NCBI GenBank assembly: GCA_964016885.1 | Contig: OZ024740.1 | Coordinates: 397,916,001 to 397,980,000 of the forward strand | DNA from: Eledone cirrhosa | Lineage: Eukaryota | Reading direction: 5' to 3' | Length of the DNA stretch: 64,000 nucleotides | Part shown: piece after piece, positions 52,420 through 64,000 of the stretch | How the letters are laid out: the number at the start of each line of letters is the position of its first letter | Numbering within the stretch: the stretch's first letter is position 1 | The notes under the pieces: model-generated | What the model saw: the letters and a program-made list of their open reading frames with translations, nothing else | Databases searched by the model: none | Told to the model about the DNA's origin: nothing | Translations under genes and position numbers: made by a program

Positions 52420-54433
52420 GTATGTATGTATGTATGTATGTATGTATGTATGTATGTATGTATGTATGTATGTATGTATGTATGTATGTATGTGTGTATG
52501 TCTCATGGTCGGGTCGTTGGCGACTAAACTGGCAACCCCACCAAGGTTTCTTGGTGAGGAGGGTGACTTTGGACATCCTGCAGGACTAAAAACAAAACCT
52601 GTCAAAGGGCAAAGGAGCTCTTAAGAGTCAATGGCCATCCAAAATCACCGGGAGAGATGACCCTTTAGCCTTTGTCAAGGCAGAATTCTAGGAGAAGGAA
52701 AACTCTGATATAACACCTGCAACCCTGATGGTATCCAATGATGTTGATTTGTTCTTCTTTTTGGTAAATATCATCTTGGTTAAGAGAGTGGGACTGGCTT
52801 TGTGCAGTGCCTTTGCTCACTATAAAAGCTTCACAGCACAGGCATTGCTTTATATCTGGAGATCTCTCTGCACTTGTCATCACATGGTACCATGGGCCCA
52901 GCACTATGTGTCAATAATTATCACAAGTCTAGTGTTTGTACCAGAGTTTTCAAGTCGCTGGCTGGACTAAAAAGTCACACTTGTTCAGCGCATCAGTAGG
53001 GGTTCTTCTACATGGATATAAAGTAGTGGCCGTACTCGAAAACGAGTTGGCAGCCACCATGTGTGTATGTATGTATGTATGTTTGTATGTACAACCTGTC
53101 TCATGGTCGAGTCGTTGGCGACTAAACTGGCAACCTCACCAAGGTTTCTTGGTGAGGAGGGTGACTTTGGACATCCTGCAGGCCCAAAAACAAAAGAAAA
53201 CCTGTCAAAGGGCAAAGGAGCTTTTAAGAGTCAATGGCCATCCAAAATCACCGGGAGAGATGACCCCCTAGCCTTTGTCAAGGAAGAATTCTAGGAGAAG
53301 GAAAACTCTGATATAACACCTCAACCCTGATGGTATCCAATGAAGTTGATTTGTTCTTCTTTTTGGTAAATATCATCTTGGTTAAGAGAGTGGGATTGGC
53401 TTTGTGCAGTGCCTTTGCTCACTATAAAAACTTCACGGCACAGGCATCGCTTTATATCTGGAGATCGCTCTGCACTTGTCGTCACATGGTACCAAGGGCC
53501 CAGCACTATGTGTCAATAATTGTCACAAGTGTAGTGTTTGTACCAGAGTTTTCAAGTCGCTGGCTGGACTAAAAAGTCACACTTGTTCAGCGCATCGGTA
53601 GGGGTTCTCCTACATGGATATAAAGTAGTGGCCGTACTCGAAAACGAGTTGACAGCCACCATATTTGTATGTGTAATGTATGTATGTATGTATGTATGTA
53701 TGTATGTATGTATGTATGTATGTATGTATGTATGTATGTATGTATGTTTGTATGTATATATGTATGTATGTATGTTTGTATGTATGTATGTATATATGCA
53801 TGTCTCATGGTCGGGTCGTTGGCGACTAAACTGGCAACCCCACCAAGGTTTCCTGGTGAGGAGGGTGACTTTGGACATCCTGCAGGACTAAAAACAAAAC
53901 CTGTCAAAGGGAAAAGGAGCTCTTAAGAGTCAATGGCCATCCAAAATCACTGGGAGAGATGACCCCTTAGCCTTTGTCAAGGCAGAATTCTAGGAGAAGC
54001 AAAACTCTGATATAACACCTGCAACCCTGATGGTATCCAATGATGTTGACTTGTTCTTCTTTTTGGTAAATATCATCTTGGTTAAGAGAGTGGGACTGGC
54101 TTTGTGCAGTGCCTTTGCTCACTATAAAAGCTTCACAGCACAGGCATTGCTTTATATCTGGAGATCTCTGATCTCTCTACACTTGTCGTCACATGGTACC
54201 ATGGGCCCAGCACTATGTGTCAATAATTGTCACAGGTGCAGTGTTTGTACCAGAGTTTTCAAGTCGCTGGCTGGGCTAAAAAGTCACACTCGTTCAGCAC
54301 ATCGGTAGGGTTTCTCCTACATGGATGTAAAGTAGTGGCCGTACTCGAAAACGAGTTGGCAGCCACCATATATGCATGTATGTTTGTATTATGTATGTTT
54401 GTATATTTTTATGTTTGTATGTATGTATGTATA

Positions 54434-54466
<33 letters not shown>

Positions 54467-55525
54467 ATGTATGTGTAATGTATGTATGTATGTATGTTTG
54501 TATGTATGTTTGTATGTATGTATGAGAGATGACCCCTTAGCCTTTGTCAAGGTAGAATTCTAGGAGAAGGAAAACTCTGATATAACAGCTGCAACCCTGA
54601 TGGTATCCAATGATGTTGACTTGTTCTTCTTTTTGGTAAATATCATCTTGGTTAAGAGAGTGGGACTGGCTTTGTGCAGTGCCTTTGCTCACTATAAAAG
54701 CTTCACGGCACAGGCATTGCTTTATATCTGGAGATCTCTTTGCACTTGTCGTAACATGGTACCATGGGCCCAGCACTATGTGTCAATAATTGTCACAAGT
54801 GTAGTGTTTGTACCAGAGTTTTCAAGTCGCTGGCTGAACTAAAAAGTCACACTCGTTCAGCGCATCGGTAGGGGTTCTCCTACATGGATATAAAGTAGTG
54901 GCCGTACTCGAAAACGAGTTGGCAGCCACCACCATGTATGTATGTTTGTATGCATGTTTGTATGTATGTTTGTATGTTTGTATATATGTATGTATGTATG
55001 TTTGTATGTATGTTTTTATGTTTGTATATTTATATGTGTATATATTTATATGTGTGTATATATTTATATGTGTGTATATATTTATGTGTGTATATATGTA
55101 TATATGTATCTATATGGGAGAGATGACCCCTTAGCCTTTGTCAAGGTAGAATTCTAGGAGAAGGAAAACTCTGATATAACACCTGCAACCCTGATGGTAT
55201 CCAATGATGTTGACTTGTTCTTCTTTTTGGTAAATATCATCTTGGTTAAGAGAGTGGGACTGGCTTTGTGCAGTGCCTTTGCTCACTATAAAAGCTTCAC
55301 GGCACAGGCATTGCTTTATATCTGGAGATCTCTCTGCACTTGTCGTCACACGGTACCATGGGCCCAGCACTATGTGTCAGTAATTGTCACAAGTGGGGTG
55401 TTTGTACCAGAGTTTTCAAGTTACTGGCTGGACTAAAGTCACGTTCAGGGCATCGGTAGGGGTTCTCCTACATGGATATAAAGTAGTGGCCGTACTCGAA
55501 AACGAGTTGGCAGCCACCATGTTTG
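52420..55525 (+). mobile_element. Array of five head-to-tail bipartite RTE-derived elements (starts ~52499, 53089, 53801, 54524, 55117), each preceded by (GTAT)n
   Basis: Repeated 80-aa pseudo-ORF MVSNDVD.. at 52728, 53330, 54030, 54600 and 55194; variable 5' ends. Confidence 0.9.
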
Positions 55526-55972
55526 TATATATAAGTGTAGATATGAAAATATTCTCACCTCCCGCCTCTAGATAAAACACGGATTCATTTACTAAGCTAT
55601 TAGAAAATCTTTTGAAAATGTTTGCTTTTTGAAAAGTTGCCACGGGGAATATTAGTTATAAAATAGATGTATGATTCTTTCCTCGCCTTTTCACTGTTTC
55701 ACTGGATAATTTAGCCACCTTACTCGACTATTTCATGGTGCATTTTCATTATGGCAGCCTTTGAAAAACAGGTTTACCATACAAACAAACATTATATATG
55801 ATTTGAGTTGGTTTTCGAAAACCAACCCAAACCAAACAGTGAGTGTATTTTATTATATATTTCTGGCAATATTATAACAATATGACCCTCCCCAAATATA
55901 ACAATATTCGTTTCAACACGCAATTACATATAAAAATACTTGCAAAAAAAAAAAAAAAAAAAAAATCATATA

Positions 55973-56162
55973 TATCGACAGTCGATCGACTTTCGTCAAA
56001 TGGGACGGAGAAAACAACGTTTCCGTTGGTCTTTCCAATTGCTAATACTCTCTATCGGTCGCAAATCCAGGTAGAAGGAGCAACGTAAAATAAAGTATCT
56101 TGTTCAAGGACATAAGGCATTGCCCGGTCCTGGAATCGAACTCACAACTTCATGATTGCGAA

Positions 56163-56163
<1 letters not shown>
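55973..56163 (-). mobile_element. tRNA-derived SINE (family 2-related head)
   Basis: Minus-strand B box GAGTTCGATTCC followed by CCTTGAACAAGATACTTTATTTTACGTTGCTCC. Confidence 0.7.
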
Positions 56164-56208
<45 letters not shown>

Positions 56209-56276
56209 ATGTGTGTGTGTGTCGGGTTCAATCGGGGCTAACCACAGCAAGTAAGGTATGCTTTCCTGCTCAATAT

Positions 56277-56326
56277 GCTTTCCTGATGATTTCCTTCGAA
56301 TGAAACTGTTCTAGTCCTGTAGAAGC
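56277..56326 (+). ncRNA. Hammerhead family A, solo copy (loop II CTTC, one stem III mismatch)
   Basis: GCTTTC CTGATGA TTTC CTTC GAAT GAAA CTG TTCTAGTC CTG TA GAAGC. Confidence 0.68.
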
Positions 56327-56338
56327 CATTTATATATT

Positions 56339-56419
<81 letters not shown>

Positions 56420-56764
56420 ACGTCTATTTATGACTAGTTTGTATATTCACTTATATGTGTGTGTGAATGTATGTAGGCATGTGTATAGCTAAGTATGTAT
56501 GTACCTACGTACGTACGTAGTTATGTATGCGCGTTACATATGTACGTATATTAGAAATATTGGTATATATCCATGTGTGTGTGTGTGTGTGTAGGTGGGT
56601 GGGATGGGGTGTTTGTATGTGGGTATGGCTGTGGTATTACAATCGGGGTTTGACTACTGAACAGAACGTGTGAGACTACTTAACAAAACAGCGTCTGACC
56701 TGTTGTTTAATCACCTTACGCACCTGTCGCGTTCACTTGTTCAATGTCGTCTTGTCGAATACCA

Positions 56765-57090
56765 GCTCCCCCCCACCATCACTACCCCACCACCACAGCC
56801 ACCACCATCACCCCACCCCCAGCGCCACCCCCACCCCCACCACCTCCTTCTCATCCTCCTCCTCTGCACACTGCCACCAACACAACCATCAGCACCACCT
56901 ACACAACGACCCCTATCGCCAACAGAGTTTATACGACAACCACCACAACCCTACCGCAACCAGCAACAAAAGATACACCCCATACCCCCATCACCACCAC
57001 CACCACCACCACCACCACTACTACTACTACTACTACCACTACTACCACTACTGATGTTGTTGTTGCCGCAGCTGTACCACCACCACCATT
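56765..57090. repeat. Degenerate (CAC/CTA)n low-complexity tract
   Basis: Visible directly. Confidence 0.75.
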
Positions 57091-57115
57091 AACACCAGAG
57101 TTATCAATCCTCAGT

Positions 57116-57400
57116 GGAGGCACGTGGCCTAGTGGTAAGGGTATTGGACTTACGATCATAATGTTGTGGGTTCGATTCCTGGGCTGCGTGTTGTGTTCTT
57201 GAGCAAAACACTTCATTTCACGTTGCTCCAGTATACTCCGCTGAAAATGAGTACCAGCAATAGCTGGAGGTTTAACCTTGCGATGGACTGGCGTCCTGTC
57301 CAGGGGGGAGTATGTACTCTCAGCCGCTTCACGCCATGAAACCGGGATAAGCACCGGCCAAATGAGCCTTCTGGCTTAAGACAGACTAGACTTTTTTTTA
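57116..57400 (+). mobile_element. tRNA-derived SINE family 2, full length
   Basis: A box TGGCCTAGTGG, B box GGTTCGATTCC; probable TSD CAATCCTC. Confidence 0.88.
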
Positions 57401-57673
57401 GCAATCCTCTCAGCAAGGACACGGCCGGGCTGAGAGGATTGATAACCACCACCACCACCACTTCCGCTGCTGTTACCAGGTATATAACACCACCACCACC
57501 ACCACCACCACAAATATCATATCAGCTGCCGTTTCTCTTTACTGGGCGAGAGCTGTAAGCGTCAGTGAGACACACACAATCCCCTCCCCTATTAGACGTA
57601 CGCGCATATACACACACACACATATACATGCATACATACACACATATAACGACACACACACACACGCCACTCA

Positions 57674-57739
<66 letters not shown>

Positions 57740-57817
57740 TATATAAGTTAAAACAAAAAAACAAAAACGAAGAGTGCAGTACAAAGTGTTAGTATTTAGG
57801 TTCAAGCTTGAGAGTGG

Positions 57818-57858
<41 letters not shown>

Positions 57859-58193
57859 TGGTGCGGGCTGGTAGTTGGTTTACGGATTATATGGGTCAGA
57901 AAATATGGATGGTATCTGAGATCTAGTTTTAGTTCATAGTTGGCTTTCGGTTTCTCTGTTTATTGTTTAGGAGTTAGAGCACTCTGCGGTCTTATTTCGT
58001 GGTTAATTTCGGGTTTGTTTTTAGATATATTTGCGTTCAGGTTTAGATATTTGGTGGTCTTATTTACGTTGGATTAAACTTTTATTACATTTGATCGTAT
58101 CTTTGATAATGCATCCTAGATAGAATATCTATGTCCTATGCTAGTTGAATTTTGAAACCTTATGTAGCATGCATTTGTGTTAAGATCTTATTC

Positions 58194-58231
<38 letters not shown>

Positions 58232-58356
58232 GGAGGTGAGTTTTATTGTAGTACAATAAAGCAATGCAGATATCGGATAAGAAGCACTCTACAGTTTGTA
58301 GGACTGGAGTATACATAATATATAAGATCAAAAGATGGTTAAAGGAGTTCCATGTA

Positions 58357-58423
58357 TTTTATTATGCGCATTTCAAAAACAAACATCATCATGCAATAAT
58401 ATTTGTGTTTTCATCAGATAAAA
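58357..58423 (-). ncRNA. Type I hammerhead, family F
   Basis: Reverse complement of 58546-58612. Confidence 0.8.
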
Positions 58424-58545
58424 CAGGAGAACATGATATGAAGGCTAAAAAACACTTGTGGATAGTGCAGTTTTAAATCAACATATGTTGATTTAAAACT
58501 GCACTATCCACAAGTGTTTTTTAGCCTTCATATCATGTTCTCCTG

Positions 58546-58612
58546 TTTTATCTGATGAAAACACAAATATTATTGCATGATGATGTTTGTTTTTGAAATG
58601 CGCATAATAAAA
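58546..58612 (+). ncRNA. Type I hammerhead, family F (AUA site)
   Basis: TTTTAT-CTGATGA-AAACACAAATATTATT..GATGATGTTTGTTTTT-GAAA-TGCGCA-TA-ATAAAA. Confidence 0.82.
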
Positions 58613-59167
58613 TACATGGAACTCCTTTAACCATCTTTTGATCTTATATATATATATATATATATATATTTTATATATAATTTAAAAAAAATTTCAAGCG
58701 TCTCTCCTAACGGTCCTTTTAATCTGTTTACTATCTCCCTGCTAATTTACATCCTACAAATTTTGAGATTTTAATTCACATACCCATTGTAAGTTGATAG
58801 TTGAGGTCTATATTTTGGGTGTCACTATCTTATACATAAAATATTGTATTTTATCTGATGAAAGCATACCACAATTTAGTATCCTTGAAGTATGTATAAT
58901 AATATAAATATGATATATTTTCCATCATTTATTACTATTGTTACTATTATATATATATATATATATATATACATACACACATCTTATACACACCACGCAT
59001 CTCAACGTACACCCACTTACATCTCTCTCTCTCCACCACCGGATCTTGTTACCCGGAGATTTACCCATTTGCATTGTCGAGGCTTCCAAACGACTTAAAG
59101 ATATTTACTTATTATTCCACAATGCTTCAAGCAAACTTCAATACTCTCTTATATATATATATATATA

Positions 59168-59235
<68 letters not shown>

Positions 59236-59238
<3 letters not shown>

Positions 59239-59885
59239 GAAAACAGGGAGAAAGAGACGATTATTAGGAAGAAAAATTTTTTTTTTCCTTTTTTCTTTCT
59301 CTCTCTCTTTTTTCTGGGTTAGAAAATGATTAAAACGAAATGTTTTACTTTGTGTGAAGTGTTAAGGTATTAGTTGATTTATTTATTATTTAACAATGGC
59401 ATTTATCTATCTATTTATCTATTTAATTATTGTCTATTACCGGTTTCAGCATTTTTATGCATTATCAAATGATAGTGAAATGTATTAGTGTGGTATCGCA
59501 CATGTTAAACAGAAGGTGCAGAAAGAATAATGTTATTTACAAACAAGGTTTATGAAGTGAAAATAAAAAAGAAAAAGGAAAAAACACGTGCATAATGTAG
59601 AACGTAAAAAGTCAATGTGGAAGAAAAAATAATGTTATTTACAAGCAAAGTTATTGAAGTTAAGCAGATCAAAATGTGTTAATATAGCAAGAGTGCTTAG
59701 TTGATCCATGATTCCGTGATGGAAGCAAATAATAAATAAATCAACTAATACCTTAACACTTCACACAAAGTAAAACATTTCGTTTTAATCATTTTCTAAC
59801 CCAGAAAAGAGAGAGAGAGAAACAAAAATGGGAAAAATATATTTTCTTCCTAATAATCGTCTCTTTCTCCCTGTTTTCATATATA
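59236..59885. repeat. Inverted repeat (~155-bp arms, 59236-59392 / 59727-59885) enclosing a U3-A8 hammerhead-like motif (59434-59475, minus)
   Basis: Arms are reverse complements; motif AT-TTGATAA-TGCAT AAAA ATGCT-GAAA-CCGG-TA-AT. Confidence 0.8.
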
Positions 59886-59921
59886 TATATCCTAACTCGT
59901 GTGCTTCCTCTCCACATTTTA

Positions 59922-59956
<35 letters not shown>

Positions 59957-59960
<4 letters not shown>

Positions 59961-60186
59961 AATATTTATACTTTCATATATTTTTATATCTGTATATCTG
60001 TATATCTGTATATCTGTTTGACCCGAAATAGGCGGGTGAGTATCAAATATTTATACTTTCATATATTTTTATATCTGTATATCTGTATATCTGTATATCT
60101 GTTTGACCCGAAATAGGCGGGTGAGTATCAAATATTTATACTTTCATATATTTTTATATCTGTATATCTGTTTGACCCGAAATAGG
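59957..60186. repeat. 85-bp tandem repeat (~2.7 copies) with 9-bp TATATCTG-type subrepeats
   Basis: ATCAAATATTTATACTTTC at 59957, 60042 and 60127. Confidence 0.9.
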
Positions 60187-60357
60187 AGATCGAATCTTCG
60201 CTGTGTGGATAATTAGTTTAACCACCATCTCAGTGTGTTTGGCCTTTAACGTAAGTTGTAAGCTCTAATTCATTTGAATTATAGAGCGCTTGCCTCACAA
60301 TTCGAAAGTGTTTTCTCGTTATTTCTTGGGCTGAAATTCGATTCTCGCTGATTTTTA

Positions 60358-60407
<50 letters not shown>

Positions 60408-60424
60408 CATATATATGTGGGTAT

Positions 60425-60541
<117 letters not shown>

Positions 60542-60664
60542 CGTGCGTGTGCATGCGTGTGCGTGCATGCCTGTGTGTGTGTGAGGTGAAATTATCACAG
60601 TGATGTAACGTAGACTAAAATAACACCATCACACACACATGAAGAAAACAAACATATACTGCAT

Positions 60665-60730
60665 TGATAATGGGATCGATAAAATAAAGTACTGGGTGAT
60701 TGCTGGCCTTGTGCCAAAAGTATAAACAAT
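60665..60730 (+). mobile_element. SINE family 1, 3' fragment
   Basis: GATCGATAAAATAAAGTACTGGGTGATTGCTGGCCTTGTGCCAAAAG. Confidence 0.7.
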
Positions 60731-61907
60731 TATTTCTAATGTTTTCGTCCAATAATATTTGGTTTTTGCAATTTTTTTCTTTCCTGTTTTTGGTACATTT
60801 CAAAATTCTTTTGGGAATTTCGATTTTCTCCCTTCGATGTTTTAATATCTCACTTTCAATGAATTTACTGTACACACATTAATTTCAACATTTTTTTTAT
60901 ACACATTTACACATAGACACCAAGCCCTCAGCTATCGCATGTGATTGATTGATTTGGGATTTCACCAGATATACTCTCTTCTCTTAAACCTCAGCAAGAT
61001 TCGAATTACGAAGTACTCGCGACACTGCATATCGCAGGTACAATTGCTAATGCACACTATATGATCCTAGCCTCAAACCAGTCTCAATTCTCTCCATCAA
61101 CTGGGACACATACATGAGTTAAAACTATTTAGAGCAAGCGCCAGGCTTCATTTATTTTCAGCCAACGAAGAACTCCATTCCACATATTTGAAACATTAAG
61201 TTCCCACCTTCGCTACCTTTTTTTTTCGATTGATTATTTTCTCAGCAATCTGAGCCGGGAAGCAATATATCAAAATTATCACACCCACGAAACATTGGCT
61301 AAAATAGTTATAACGTCATCACCGAAAATAGCTATCATAAAACAGGCGAGTATTCAAGCTCAGCTCAAATTCAACTTTGCTCTCTTCTTTGTCTTTTTCG
61401 ATCGCGCTCTTTCTGTTCACTGTCAGACACTGGACAAGTGACTTTGACTGTGGCAGTCACCGATAATCGGTGCTACCGCAGCCAGCCACATACCATGGTG
61501 CTATCTTCCCTCAACCAGCATCTCCATATTCACACATTCACTCACAAATTCCAACATCACCACAAAATAGTCTTATTTGGGAACACCGCATTTTACAACC
61601 TGTTAACGAAACATTCTCTGTTATGTCAAACCTTTTATATATTCTGGTTGTGTTATATTTTGTTACATGGTGTCGTCGTATACCATATCAGAAATAAAAA
61701 TATAAAAATTGCCAGTTTAGTTTTCCTTGTTGGTTTCTCTCAGTTCATCGTGGACCTGATCGATAACCTATCACACCAATCAGTACGTACATCATACTAC
61801 AACTCAACGAACCATCAATATCACAGCCACCAACCACATAACCACTAAAATGGTAACTAACAATGTACCAACGTATCTACTTAATATATGTGTGTAAGTG
61901 TGTGCGA

Positions 61908-62520
<613 letters not shown>

Positions 62521-63021
62521 TATTTATGTTTATACACAGAACAAAAGTGCTACTCAAAGTTTCAAGGCTCAATATTGACCACACCTCCAGAAATGTAAGA
62601 GACACTTACAGAAATGTAAGAAAATTGTGACCTATTTTCAGGCACTTATACGAGTTTATAACATACCGTTAAAAGTAATGCGTACTAAAAACGTATTATA
62701 ACAAAGGGAAATAACTCCAAGATGTAAATTTGAAATGCAAGATCTTTCACGTGCTAGTGTTCGTAAGCTATAGCAGAAGTATTGTATTATGTGGTGGAAT
62801 GTAATATAAAGATGGTAATATTCATTAAAATAAGGAGTAAGGTAGTATAGAAAGTATTATGTAAGCGTGGAAAGATATAACGGAAGCAGATAAATCAAAT
62901 TAAGGTGGTTGAAAATCAGTCAAATTTATTGTGTGTGTGTGTGTGTGCGTGCGTGTGTGTGTGTGTGTATACACACACACACATATATATATATAAAGGC
63001 AGTTTAGCTTTTAGCCTTAAT

Positions 63022-63172
63022 TATTGTTTCTACTTTTAGCACAAGGCCAGCAATAATTCCAGTGTATTACTATTACTTTATTTTATCGACCCCGTAAGGA
63101 TGAAAGGCAAAGTTAACCTCGGCGGGATTTGAACTCAGAATGGCAAGGGCCGTAACTCTATGCGTCAAAGCA
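63022..63172 (-). mobile_element. SINE family 1, 5'-truncated
   Basis: TTTTATCGACCCCGTAAGGATGAAAGGCAAAGTTAACCTCGGCGGGATTTGAACTCAGA. Confidence 0.85.
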
Positions 63173-63506
63173 TTAATAATGAGAATAATAATGATAATAT
63201 ATATATATATCGAATTCTGTCGATCGATTCGTTATTGATTATGCGAAACCCGCTGATGAAGACACATGCACCGATTCTGCATTATTGCATAATAAATGTA
63301 GACAGTAGATGCCGTGCACTCTGTTGCAGCATTATGTGTGGCCGAAACTTAAGTACGGATATAGATTGAAGGTACCCATTTAGCGAATAACTATGTATCT
63401 ACTCTGAGATTTTACATAACATTACCTATTGAGTACGCTGAGATGCAACTGGTACTAGTAGTGAAGCTTATGATAGTCCCATCAACTTAGTGTAGTAGAG
63501 TGGGGA

Positions 63507-63620
63507 ATAGGAACAAGTATGACCCCGATGGCAGAGCTCAAGCTGTTTCGACGGCTATTTCTTGACTCAAGAAATAGCCGTCGAAACGGCTTGAGCTCTG
63601 CCGTCGGGGTCATACTTGTT

Positions 63621-63625
<5 letters not shown>
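63507..63625. repeat. 119-bp near-perfect hairpin palindrome (centre 63566)
   Basis: ATAGGAACAAGTATGACCCCGA..TTCTTGA C TCAAGAA..TCGGGGTCATACTTGTTCCTAT; 2 mismatches. Confidence 0.9.
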
Positions 63626-63670
<45 letters not shown>

Positions 63671-63761
63671 TATATATATACATATATATATACATATATA
63701 TATTCATATATATATATACATACATACACACACACACACACATATACATACACACACACAG

Positions 63762-63848
<87 letters not shown>

Positions 63849-63898
63849 AGAGAGAGAAAGGATGAGATAATATATGGGGGTCTCTCACCCACCATCTC

Positions 63899-63946
<48 letters not shown>

Positions 63947-64000
63947 CCTTCTCTCTCTCTCCCTGAAAAATATTCATATGTGTGCTTGTGTGTGTGCTTG

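Larger units (their letters stand above)
58229..58650. repeat. Spacer-less palindrome (~165-bp arms, centre 58484/5) with two hammerheads; PLE inverted-pLTR type
   Basis: ...TTTAAATCAACAT|ATGTTGATTTAAA...; left arm extends a further ~90 bp; inserted in (TA)n. Confidence 0.9.

Noticed and set aside
57116-57185. tRNA gene
   Set aside because: A/B boxes belong to a SINE head; no complete cloverleaf
56670-57202. Pro/Thr/His-rich ORFs
   Set aside because: Low-complexity CAC/CTA tract running into a SINE
58095-58170. TTGATAA..TGCAT/ATGCT hammerhead-like motif (and CTGATGA at ~58855)
   Set aside because: GAAA is not adjacent to stem II; at most decayed remnants
61438-61855. Possible host exon or 136-aa ORF
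   Set aside because: An acceptor-like TTTCTCTCAG is present, but there is no recognisable protein similarity and no consistent frame or donor
63240-63275. CTGATGA near GAAAC as a hammerhead
   Set aside because: No supporting stems in a valid topology

Overview
This is an AT-rich, microsatellite-saturated eukaryotic intergenic or intronic window. The SINE types resemble those of octopod cephalopods (inference). I found no host protein-coding gene, and most long ORFs in the track are artefacts of simple repeats. The window holds a 6.2-kb GTT/GGT minisatellite, a 2.36-kb tandem duplication, two near-complete but frameshifted RTE-clade LINEs and an R4/Dong-like RT fragment. It also contains several Penelope-like elements (PLEs): one Neptune-like element, and one near-complete Naiad-like element plus fragments. 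Smaller elements include two tRNA-derived SINE families, a MITE, and a bipartite RTE-derived non-autonomous element stacked in tandem in (GTAT)n tails. Three observations stand out. (i) About 16 foldable type I hammerhead ribozyme motifs from about 6 sequence families, plus 3 weaker U3-A8 core covariants, sit in PLE terminal repeats, palindromes and a retrozyme-like ~435-bp repeat. (ii) The two-ORF Neptune-like PLE has an AUG-less RT frame joined to a coiled-coil ORF1 by a U_UUU_UUA -1 slippery site. (iii) PLE terminal repeats carry kilobase compound microsatellite mosaics as cargo.
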